DNA of 64,000 nt from Limnochordia bacterium (GCA_050951545.1 JBMNJG010000007.1:614364-678363), one strand, 5' to 3'. Positions 40,806-49,711 are shown, counted from the stretch's first letter. Program-made: numbers and translations. Notes: generated by a model not told the origin, from the sequence alone.

Positions 40806-41909
40806 ATGCGCACTGGCATCTGTACAGTGGGCACATCTTTGAAAGCCAACTGGAAACGCAACGGGGGTACGGGCGAGCCCACTCAAGCGCAATTGGTCGC
40901 TTTTCTCAATGAACACGATCCGGTCCGGGCTTGCGCGGAGACGAATACCATCCACAGGCTCGTCGACAAAGGAAGGTTGGGTCCGGGCCATCGCCTTGTC
41001 TTTCTGCATTCCGCCACTCCAGATGGAGCCTTGTGCAGCGGGGCTTTGAAAGTGCACTATGCCTTGCACGGGTATGAGACGGAAGCACGAGAGATCAGAG
41101 GACTAAACTATCAGCACAAGGAGTTTGCCAACAAGGGCCTCACCGACCTGATCGACACACTGATCGATCTGGTCGACAGGTATGGCGCCGATCAGGCGGT
41201 AGAGATGCCAGTGATCGTGGTGGCCACTGGAGGCTTTAAGGCCGAGATCGCCTACGCCACGATGACCGGGGCTCTCCTGGGTGTGCCAGTGTACTATGTG
41301 CATGAGCAGTTTGAAGGTCTTGTAGAGATGCCCCCATTGCCTATCTCCATAGACTTCACCTTTGTGACCGAGTATGAGGAGCTTTTCCAGAAGCTCGATG
41401 AGATGCCTTGGCAGGACGAGTGGGATGCCTTCTTGAGAGCTTGGAGGCGCCAAGGGGGCGGTTTCCTTCCTGCGAGAATGTCACATCTTTTCCTGCAGGA
41501 GGAAGGCCTGGTCCGCCTATCTCCCGCAGGTGACTTGATCTATAGAACCTTCCAAGGTCGGCTAGCCCACGTCGACGATCGCAGGGTGTATCTCTCCCCA
41601 CAGGCCTACAAGGGTTTGACGACGCTCGAATCGGCCGGTCGGCAGAAAGTGGAGCGCGCACTGATGCGTTTGCTCATCCCTGAGGTGCGGGCTGATGCGG
41701 AGAGCAAGAAAAACAGTGATCTACGCGTTTTCCCAAAGGGGGCTCGGGCTGAGCGCGTGTTCTTTTTTACAGAAGGCGGCGAATTGTATGTCTGCGAAAT
41801 CTGCAGTCACAGTGACCAAAGCTATGAGCGGTTGCTGTCGGACGGTGTCTGGCGGGACGATTACAAGAGCGTGGCCTTCAGGGAGTACGAGTTGCCGCAG
41901 GGCACATGA
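40806..41909 (+). CDS. CARF (APE2256-type)-wHTH-RelE effector, Cami1-like
   Basis: CTVGTSL, CAETN, ATGGFKAE and YYVHE CARF motifs; wHTH wing LSPAG; RelE-like tail VYLSPQAYK...ERVFF...YVCEI.SH..SYE. Confidence 0.75.
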   Translation: MRTGICTVGTSLKANWKRNGGTGEPTQAQLVAFLNEHDPVRACAETNTIHRLVDKGRLGPGHRLVFLHSATPDGALCSGALKVHYALHGYETEAREIRGLNYQHKEFANKGLTDLIDTLIDLVDRYGADQAVEMPVIVVATGGFKAEIAYATMTGALLGVPVYYVHEQFEGLVEMPPLPISIDFTFVTEYEELFQKLDEMPWQDEWDAFLRAWRRQGGGFLPARMSHLFLQEEGLVRLSPAGDLIYRTFQGRLAHVDDRRVYLSPQAYKGLTTLESAGRQKVERALMRLLIPEVRADAESKKNSDLRVFPKGARAERVFFFTEGGELYVCEICSHSDQSYERLLSDGVWRDDYKSVAFREYELPQGT

Positions 41910-41989
41910 TCTTCTGGGGGGCGTGTCCCACGCTGGATGTGAGAAGACGGGGGCCCGTAGGGAGCCCCCTCCACACCTTCTCGGTTATA

Positions 41990-43903
41990 TCAGTAAAAAG
42001 ACAGCTTGCGCAGGCACTCCTGCGGGATCTCGTCGAGGAAGCAAGAGGGTTCACAGCTGATGGGAGCTCCCATACGCAGCCGCTCTTGGGCTGCAGTGAG
42101 GTAGAGTTGCTTCCGAGCGCGCGTCACCCCGACATAGAATAGACGCCTTTCCTCCTCAAGAGCGTTATCGTCCAGTGCTCGGTAATGGGGGAAGACGCCT
42201 TCTTCCATACCCGTGATGAAGACCACAGGATACTCCAATCCCTTCGCAGCATGCACGGTCATCAGGGTCACCTGGTCGGCACTCTCGCGCAGGGTGTCTA
42301 GGTCAGTGAGCAGTGCGATGTAGTCTAGAAAATCCTGGAGCTTGCCTCTGCCGTGTCGGGAGTCATACTCCTTAGCCATGCTCAGGAACTCGTCAAGAGT
42401 CTCGAGCCGTTCGCGATCGTTCTTATTGGACTCCTTGTACATCGCTCGGTAGCCCGTCCGCTCAAAGATGGCGATCATCAGTTCACCGACACCAGCCTCA
42501 GGTACCAGCTCTGCCAGCTCTTGGAGTATGGTAGCGAACTGCTCAATGGCCGCGCCAGCCTTTCCGCCAATCCCGGCCTTGGTAGCCTGAGTGGCTGCCT
42601 GGAATAGCGAGATGTCTTCCTCTGCCGCGTAGGCGGTCAGCTTACCCAGAGCCTTTTCGCCCAGGCCTCGGCGTGGCGTGTTGATCACCCGCAACAGGCT
42701 CACATTGTCCTCTTGATTGCCTAATAGGCGCAAGTAGGACAGGGTGTCGCGCACCTCGGTGCGATCGTAAAAGCGAAAGCCTCCTACAACCCGGTAGGGG
42801 ATGCGCAGGCGTACGAGCTGCTCCTCCAACACCCGCGACTGAGCCTTCGAACGATACAGTACCGCGATGTCGTTAAAGCGGTGCTGACCCGCCATGAACT
42901 GAATCTCTTGCGCCACAAAGCGGGCCTCATCTCTATCAGTAGGCGTAAAGCATAGGTTGATGGGATCGCCCTTGGGATTATGTGTCCATAGCTTCTTCTC
43001 CAGCTGACTGGTATTCTCGCTGATCACGGCATTAGCGGCCCTCAGGATCGTCTGTGTGGAGCGATAGTTCTGTTCCAGTTTGATCACTTTGGCCTCAGCG
43101 TAATCTTGCTGGAAGTTGAGGATGTTCGTGATGTCCGCCAAGCGGAAGCCGTAGATGGACTGACCATCGTCGCCTACCACACAGAGGTTGCGGTGCTGTT
43201 CGGCGAGCATGCGGATCAGTATGTACTGGGCATGGTTGGTATCCTGGTATTCGTCGACCATGATATGGCTAAACAGGCGTTGATACTGTTCGAGCAGCGA
43301 GGGATGCTCCTGAAAGAGGCGGACGGTTAGGTAGAGCAAGTCGTCGAAGTCAACGGCGCCGATCTCTTGCAGACGGCGGGCGTAGATGCTATAGACCTGC
43401 GCTTGATCGTGCTCGGAGTGCGTGACTGCTTGCTCCAAGGCTCTCTTGGGACTGAGCAGCAGTGTCTTGTGTCGAGATGTCGCCCACAGGTAAGGATTTG
43501 GGTCGCTGCTGTCGCGCCCGGTACCCGCCAAGATCTCGCGCAACAGGGCGTGTTGATCGTTATCATCGATGATGGAAAACCCCCGCTTGTAGCCCAGGTG
43601 GGTGATGTGCTCGCGCAAGATACGTACGCACGCTGAATGGAACGTGCACACCCAGGTCGAGCGGGCGCTTTCGCCCACCAGCTGCGTGACTCTGCTCTTC
43701 ATCTCGCGGGCAGCTTTGTTCGTGAAGGTAACGGCGAGAATGGCTTCGGGTGCGACGCCCACGGTGTGTAGAAGGTGGGCCAGGCGATGGGTGATAACTC
43801 GAGTTTTGCCTGAGCCAGCACCAGCGATTACCATGAGTGGCCCGTCCACACTGAGCACCGCCTCTTTTTGCGCAGAGTTCAGACCAGTTGTGTATGATGT
43901 CAA
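41990..43903 (-). CDS. pcrA: UvrD/PcrA-family SF1 DNA helicase lacking the C-terminal Tudor-like domain
   Basis: AGAGSGKT, TFTNKAA, DEYQD, VGDDGQSIY, NYRS, HAAKGLE and EERRLFYVGVTRA motifs; start TTG 43903 after AGGGGG. Confidence 0.85.
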   Translation of the reverse strand: MTSYTTGLNSAQKEAVLSVDGPLMVIAGAGSGKTRVITHRLAHLLHTVGVAPEAILAVTFTNKAAREMKSRVTQLVGESARSTWVCTFHSACVRILREHITHLGYKRGFSIIDDNDQHALLREILAGTGRDSSDPNPYLWATSRHKTLLLSPKRALEQAVTHSEHDQAQVYSIYARRLQEIGAVDFDDLLYLTVRLFQEHPSLLEQYQRLFSHIMVDEYQDTNHAQYILIRMLAEQHRNLCVVGDDGQSIYGFRLADITNILNFQQDYAEAKVIKLEQNYRSTQTILRAANAVISENTSQLEKKLWTHNPKGDPINLCFTPTDRDEARFVAQEIQFMAGQHRFNDIAVLYRSKAQSRVLEEQLVRLRIPYRVVGGFRFYDRTEVRDTLSYLRLLGNQEDNVSLLRVINTPRRGLGEKALGKLTAYAAEEDISLFQAATQATKAGIGGKAGAAIEQFATILQELAELVPEAGVGELMIAIFERTGYRAMYKESNKNDRERLETLDEFLSMAKEYDSRHGRGKLQDFLDYIALLTDLDTLRESADQVTLMTVHAAKGLEYPVVFITGMEEGVFPHYRALDDNALEEERRLFYVGVTRARKQLYLTAAQERLRMGAPISCEPSCFLDEIPQECLRKLSFY

Positions 43904-43969
43904 ATACAGTGCCCCCTGTTTGGATGGATAGCTCTCCCATGGTACCACCTACAGCGGGTGGATACCAGC

Positions 43970-45688
43970 CTTGGCCTTCCGCAAGGAACCGCCGCTGGTC
44001 CCTGACGAGGTGCGCGGCTCCTTCGTCCTGCTGTCTCTTCACTTCGCTCCGGTCATTCGGGTGGCTCGCAGGTAATAAGGCCCCCTTACCCCCAGAGAAT
44101 ACGTCTACTGCGGCCCGAGGTAGTTATTCTCCCGTGTGCAGATCGGCCTTCTCCGACCTACGTAACGACTACCATCTCTCTAGGTGGGTAGGCCTTTTCC
44201 CTCACCCGCCTGCGAGCCAGATAGGCCACCACGACCATGCCGTCGCGGATCTGCCGCATGACTCCCCGCAACGTCACTCTGCCCCACTTGTAGGACCGTA
44301 GGTTGCGCCTCACAAACAGCTGAAACAGGTTGTAGGCCATGACGAATAGCGTGAGCAAAACCTCAATGACTTGTGGCTCGTAGCAGTAGGCATGGCCTAG
44401 GTGGAAATGATGCTTCAGGAAATGGAACCCACCATTCTCGATGTCCCAGCGCCGGTGCGCTATCTTCCACACAGTCAGTGCGGGCATTATCTTCCTGCTG
44501 GCATTGGTCACAAAGTGAGTGGTTACCTCCTGCTCTTTGATCGTCTCACCGGCCGCGTTGAGCTCCCTGCGTATCTCACGAACCTTAATACAGCGCAAGG
44601 GCTCATTCACGCCCTCCCAGCTGGTGAAACCCTCGTCCTCCCAGGTCTGGACATCATACACCGTATTGCTTTCGGCCTTCAATCGAACACGCCGGTGTAC
44701 CTCGTTGGGGCTTTGTCCTTCAAAAAGAGCATCGGCATCCTTGATGATGTTGTAGTCCTCCTGCTTTACCCGAACGATAACATGCTTATTCTGTCCCAGT
44801 ACGGTGTTAAGAAAGGGGCTCCCAGCGAAACCGGCGTCCACGGTCACAACATCGCAAAACCGGCAATGACGCTGATAGAGGTCCTTAAGCACGGCTCGGG
44901 CGACAGTCGTCTCTCCCTGTCCGGCCGGTATGCGCACCATGTCTAAAAGGAGATTTGTCCCTGATGCGCTCACATACTGGACGCCTAGGGCATGCTCCAG
45001 ATACCTTTCCTTCTCGACACTTCCGCCATGCACGTCCTTCCGATGGTGACCTGCATGGCCCAAACGCTCGCTCTTGGTCGAGAACAACCCTGTGCCGTCG
45101 ATTGCCACGACGCGGAAACCCTCAACCCGTGTCTGGTCCAACGCCTTGTTCCTTCTGGCTTTGGTGATGATGGCGTCACTTGCCCGTACAAGACTGTCGC
45201 GGTCAACCCGCTCAAAAGCGTAGATGAACGTATCAGCACTAGGGCGGTCCGTGCCAGCTACACCATCATAGCTACCGTCACGGATGGCCTCCGCCAACTG
45301 ATTCATGCTACGAATCCCCGTAACAATGCCTATCATCATCTTCCATGTTAGGCCAGGCAATCCGTAACGCGGCCGGACCCGGCCATCCTTAACCTGCCGA
45401 AGGTGTTGCTCAACGCCGTAGGTTCCATTACAATAGTTAACGAACCGTTCAAACACATCTGCCATGTTTCCCCGTAGCCCCTTTCGCAGCGGCTGGTAAC
45501 TACTGCATTCGGCAGCTACGGGGATTCTCTTCTTACGCCACCAGAAGTCTTTATCTTCACATCCGCGCCAACCGCGCGAATTGACTGACAGAATTTTCGA
45601 ACAAGGTCCCTCTTCCCGCTAGGCCCCCAATACCCCTTCATAGGCCCTTTCAGGGTGCCTTCAACTTAGTGGCTTGCGGAAGTCCTGG
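43970..45688 (-). mobile_element. Insertion sequence with DDE transposase (IS4/ISNCY-like)
   Basis: Imperfect 16-bp TIRs (CTTGGCCTTCCGCAAG at 43970, CTTGCGGAAGTCCTGG ending at 45688; 13/16 match) around the transposase; no clear target-site duplication. Confidence 0.7.
44158..45465 (-). CDS. DDE transposase
   Basis: VAIDGT, VDAG and RWDIEN..F..LK catalytic motifs; 435 aa, apparently intact. Confidence 0.88.
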   Translation of the reverse strand: MADVFERFVNYCNGTYGVEQHLRQVKDGRVRPRYGLPGLTWKMMIGIVTGIRSMNQLAEAIRDGSYDGVAGTDRPSADTFIYAFERVDRDSLVRASDAIITKARRNKALDQTRVEGFRVVAIDGTGLFSTKSERLGHAGHHRKDVHGGSVEKERYLEHALGVQYVSASGTNLLLDMVRIPAGQGETTVARAVLKDLYQRHCRFCDVVTVDAGFAGSPFLNTVLGQNKHVIVRVKQEDYNIIKDADALFEGQSPNEVHRRVRLKAESNTVYDVQTWEDEGFTSWEGVNEPLRCIKVREIRRELNAAGETIKEQEVTTHFVTNASRKIMPALTVWKIAHRRWDIENGGFHFLKHHFHLGHAYCYEPQVIEVLLTLFVMAYNLFQLFVRRNLRSYKWGRVTLRGVMRQIRDGMVVVAYLARRRVREKAYPPREMVVVT

Positions 45689-45873
45689 TCGATAGGGGGA
45701 TTGGGAGTGCACACGAGAAATGGCGGTCAACTGCTGGTTATGTCACGGTGCCGTCTGAGTGAAAATCAGTGCAGACGTGTTGCCCTGATCGCCGGCGGCG
45801 GGTGGACGCGCACTAACATTGGCTGCACGGCTGATGTGAGCCCTGACGAAACGGACAAGGTGACCCAGGGTGA

Positions 45874-46953
45874 TTACTCGTCTTGCGTTTCCTCTGATTC
45901 GCTAGCGGTTCCCCAGCCACGTTCATCTATTCTTTGCTGGTACTCACCGCATCTACACTCGAGATAGTTGATGAGCTTCCGGTTGAAGTCCTGACCGCGC
46001 CGGAATGGCAGCCGCCTGTGAATCTTGCGCTTGATGATCTTGCAGGACAGCTCGTGAGACTGAATCACGATCAGCTTGATCTTCTTCTTAGCGCAGATCT
46101 GCTGTTTGGTCTGGTCACGGCATTGCTGCCTATGGACCTGCTCAGCCGAATTCCGCTCCGTGACGCGGTAGTGTTGCGCCCCATTGAACTCCATGGCCGT
46201 ATTGTGCAAGTAATAGAAGAGATCGACCTCCAGACGCTTGCCAGTTGCTGGGTTCCTCATGAAACCTGGGCGCATTCCGTCGTCGAAGTCAAGGCAATCG
46301 ACAAGCGCCAAGAAGATAGCCTGCATGAGAGCCTCTCCGAGGTGCGTAGCGCGGTGGAGCTCATCCTGCACGTCAAGTATTTCTTTTACATTTCGCTTAT
46401 CAACCGGGTTGTGGAGAGTGAAGCGAATCGGTGCCCGCTTGTGCGCCTGCTCCATCTCCAGCCAACCATGCTTGGCCAACTGACGAGCTGCGTGTTTGAT
46501 GGTCTGGGGGCTCAGACTCATCCGGCCGGCTAACTCAGCGTATGTGAACTGCCTTTTGCGAGGTGGGTCCGTGGGTTTGGACAGCAGTAGGGCATAAACC
46601 AATTTGGCCTGTGCATGGATTTCAGTAGCCATGACTAGCTCCACAGGCACGGAGACCCTATCCGGGGATGGCTTCTGTGCCGCGGTCTGGCTAGGTCCCC
46701 GCCTAGCCGGTGGAGCAAACCAGCCCTCGGTGGTTAACTTGGCCGTCGCCCTGCGAACGGTAGGCCGGGACATACCCGTGCGCCGCCCCAGGCGGCTGGG
46801 CGAGAAAAGGAAACTTTCCTCCAGCTGATCATCCATCGTTAAGGCCATCCAAACGATCTTCTCGCTGGCTTTTAGCTCGCGAGTCAGTAGCAGTGAGAGC
46901 GGCACGTTCACCTCATCTACATAGAGAGAGTACAAGGGCCTCACCTCACACAA
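45874..46953 (-). CDS. Tandem winged-HTH protein with C-terminal Vsr/DUF559-like PD-(D/E)xK endonuclease
   Basis: Two internally repeated units (VP..L.....L.A..K.V/Y..L...HTH...L...GW), then GKRLEVDLF...AMEFNGAQHY...RDQTKQQIC..KKIKLIVI. Confidence 0.75.
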   Translation of the reverse strand: MCEVRPLYSLYVDEVNVPLSLLLTRELKASEKIVWMALTMDDQLEESFLFSPSRLGRRTGMSRPTVRRATAKLTTEGWFAPPARRGPSQTAAQKPSPDRVSVPVELVMATEIHAQAKLVYALLLSKPTDPPRKRQFTYAELAGRMSLSPQTIKHAARQLAKHGWLEMEQAHKRAPIRFTLHNPVDKRNVKEILDVQDELHRATHLGEALMQAIFLALVDCLDFDDGMRPGFMRNPATGKRLEVDLFYYLHNTAMEFNGAQHYRVTERNSAEQVHRQQCRDQTKQQICAKKKIKLIVIQSHELSCKIIKRKIHRRLPFRRGQDFNRKLINYLECRCGEYQQRIDERGWGTASESEETQDE

Positions 46954-46967
46954 CGATCATGTGTTCG
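46954..46967 (-). promoter_or_regulatory. Putative LexA (Cheo) box upstream of the HTH-endonuclease gene
   Basis: Minus strand CGAACACATGATCG versus consensus CGAAC-N4-GTTCG (one mismatch); AGGA-N17-GAAC promoter-like motif at 46984-47008. Confidence 0.5.
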
Positions 46968-47098
46968 ATTGTCTCGATGCGATGTTCGGTACGTGAGGCC
47001 AGAATCCTTCCACAGACAATAGTTCTTCGCTGACTGCGCGCGCATTGCCAGCTAAAACTCGGAGGCCACCGGGAGTCGACAGCATTTCCCCCTCGGAT

Positions 47099-47961
47099 CA
47101 TCGACTGAGTGGCAAAAGGCTATCGCCACTGTTTGGTTATGTACTGCCCAGTAGCTCCAGAAGGGCCACCAAGGCGGGAAAGCGCGCTCTTTTGGGGGGA
47201 AATGAGCCCTTCGGGCGATCAAAATGAGCAAAAAGGGCTTCGCGAAGGCCGCATCGCTGCACTTTTACCACGTACATTGGGCCCGGGGGTTAATGAGGCG
47301 GCTCTTCTGCCATCGCCGTCCGATCCTGGCCCCGACTCATGTCCAATCCGGGTGCATCTGTCCGACTACCGAGCCAGTCTCGCGAGCGTGTGCATGGTGC
47401 ATGGTGTCCGTCCACCCTTTTCGAAACACACCGACCGGGATAACAGTGAAGGTGAGTCCGCAGAGGGACCTGAGTGAGCCCGCCGTGATCGCGCACTGGG
47501 GAGCTGACCCCATCGACTGAGTGGGAAAAGGCGATCAATGGCGTCGGGTTATGTGCTGCGCGGTAGCCCCCAAGGGGCCACCAAGGCGGGAAAGCGTGCT
47601 CTTGGGCGGGGAAATGAGCCCTTCGGGCCGTCAAAATGAGCAAAAAGGGCTTCGCGAAGGCCGCATCGCTGCACTTTTACCACGCACATTGGCTCTCGGG
47701 GGTTAATGAGGCGGCTCTTTTGCCATGGCGGTCGGATTCTTGGCCCCGACTCACGTACCAATCCGGGTGCATCTGTCCGACTACCGAGCCAGTCTCGCAA
47801 GCGTGTGCATGGTGCATGGTGTCCGTCCACCCTTTTCGAAACACACCGACCGGGATAACAGTGAAGGTGAGTCCGCAGAGGGACCTGAGTGAGCCCGCCG
47901 TGATCGCGCACTGGGGAGCTGACCCCAATCGGCTGAGTGGGAAAAGGCTATCGCCACTGTT
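47099..47961 (+). repeat. Tandem ~412-416-bp non-coding repeat (two full copies plus a ~35-bp third start)
   Basis: Units start at 47099, 47511 and about 47927; 47343-47511 and 47758-47926 are identical except one substitution; the 5' halves are more diverged. Confidence 0.95.
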
Positions 47962-48280
47962 CGACGGGCTGAATGACACCATTGTGCGCAAACGAGGGTA
48001 CGAACCTTCGCTCGACTACCATCACATCAGGGGTGAGGCCGCCTGCTGAAAGGGCAATCATCTTCTCGTGGTAGCCACCCCACGGCTGTTGTATGAGTTC
48101 CAGTTTCACTCCGGGCTTTGTGGCCATGTACTCATCGAGCAGGGCTTGTGTTTTCGCAATCTCGGCCATGTCGTTGATCCACATGGCCACTTGTAGCTTC
48201 ACTTCGGTGCTGCCAACGTTTGCGGTCACCACAGCACATACTACGATCAAAAGTGCCAAGACCCCCATGGGCTTTCTCAA
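47948..48280 (-). pseudogene. Sugar-binding protein gene truncated at the repeat array
   Basis: Signal peptide plus SAGGLTPDVM..NGVIQPVEQW, then a stop inside the third repeat start. Confidence 0.8.
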
Positions 48281-48469
48281 TGTAGTCGCACCTCCTGGAA
48301 GGTTTTTAGGTGAGTGTGGACAACAATGTAGCCGATGGCAGAAAAAACGGATGCCGAGACGAGCGTTCGACGCTTCTGCGCCTTCCCCTTTGGTGAAGCC
48401 TCCCACAACAACTGGCGACAATTGGCGGTAATTATTACGGTACTTAATCAAGAAAGGTTGTGACAAGAC

Positions 48470-49711
48470 GTGAGAGTAGTGACCTTTGCCTTGGTCGCTG
48501 TGATGGTAGTGTTGTGCTTCAGTACGGCGCTTATGTCCGAAAACGTAGTCGACTTTGCCACTTGGGGAGCGGTATCCGAACAAGCGATGTGGCGCCGCGA
48601 CATCGCAGATTTCGAACGCGTCAATCCAGACGTCAAGGTCAATCTCTTAGCATCGGACTTCAACACGCACTTTGAGCGCATGCCACTGATGCTGGCTGGT
48701 ACCATAGAGACGGATGTAGTGCGCATTGGAGGGCAGCATTTGCCCACATTTGCGCACCACGGTTTCCTGTTGCCTCTTGATCCGTACGTGAATAGGGGCC
48801 AGATAAACCGCCTTGAGTTTTTGCCTGCTGTGCTCGATTCAGCTTCCTATGGTGGCCTGTTGTATGGTTTGCCCGATCACTTCTCGCCAGTGGTTCTCTA
48901 TTACAACGCGGAGCTTTTCAGGCAGTATGGGCTCTCTGATCCCCATGCGTTGCATCAGCAGGGGCAATGGACATGGGAGAGCTTTGAGTCAGTAGGGCGC
49001 AAGCTGACGATAGATCGCTCCGGCGCGGGTTTGCCGCAGCAGTGGGGAATGACAACCAGCTTTTCACCCACGCATCCACAGCTGCGCCAAGCCATGAAAC
49101 TGGCCAACGGTGGTCGCGTCTATAGCCAGGACCTCACAAGGTATTATCTTGATGATCCCTCCAGCATCGTCGCTCTGCAGTGGCTTGCCGATCTACGGGA
49201 GTTGAGGGGAGGCAACTGGGAATCGGGTCAGGTTGGCATGCACCCGGGGTATCCGTCAAACCAGAATATCTGGCAGGACCGGCTGCAATGGGAGCTTGCT
49301 GTCGCACCCCTACCTAGGCCCAGCTCGGGAAGCTACGCCACGGTGATGACTACGAATATCATGTCAGTGGCTAAGCAGGCGAAGAACCCCGATGCAGCCA
49401 TTCGCTTTATCAACTACATTGTCGGTCCGCAAGTGCAGCGTCGGCGCATCGACGACAACTTCGTGGTGTCCGGGCGCATCGATGTGGCCGCGGAGTCGCT
49501 GCGCGAAGGTCGCATGGCGGCTACGAACAATCAAGTGATCATGGATATAACAGCCTTCACGAAGCCCTGGGCGGTGCCGATCGGGCATTACACGGACGTG
49601 CCTACCCTGGTTAATCGTGAACTAGGAGCGCTTTCCAGAGGAGAGGAAGCAGCGGCGAGCGCCGCTGTACGCATATGCCAGATGGTCAACGCCATCATTT
49701 CGGGCAAGTAG
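48470..49711 (+). CDS. ABC sugar-binding protein
   Basis: Signal peptide, YGLP, LYYNAELF, WTWE, NPDAA. Confidence 0.88.
   Translation: MRVVTFALVAVMVVLCFSTALMSENVVDFATWGAVSEQAMWRRDIADFERVNPDVKVNLLASDFNTHFERMPLMLAGTIETDVVRIGGQHLPTFAHHGFLLPLDPYVNRGQINRLEFLPAVLDSASYGGLLYGLPDHFSPVVLYYNAELFRQYGLSDPHALHQQGQWTWESFESVGRKLTIDRSGAGLPQQWGMTTSFSPTHPQLRQAMKLANGGRVYSQDLTRYYLDDPSSIVALQWLADLRELRGGNWESGQVGMHPGYPSNQNIWQDRLQWELAVAPLPRPSSGSYATVMTTNIMSVAKQAKNPDAAIRFINYIVGPQVQRRRIDDNFVVSGRIDVAAESLREGRMAATNNQVIMDITAFTKPWAVPIGHYTDVPTLVNRELGALSRGEEAAASAAVRICQMVNAIISGK

Noticed and set aside
45829-45872. Hammerhead-ribozyme-like CTGATG...CTGACGAAAC
   Set aside because: The CUGANGA-stem II-GAAA core and flanking stems cannot be assembled.
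47437-47447. GGGATAACAG resembling a 23S rRNA segment or I-SceI site
   Set aside because: Only 10 nt match and the flanks do not; consistent with chance.
47099-47510. Repeat unit as RNase P RNA or tmRNA (similar size)
   Set aside because: No GGAAAGUCC/P4 motifs and no tRNA-like ends on either strand.
47099-47961. The 412-bp repeats as a CRISPR array or as protein-coding repeats (ORFs 47109, 47224, 47290, 47549, 47636)
   Set aside because: The unit is far too long for CRISPR, and indels between copies break the reading frames differently.
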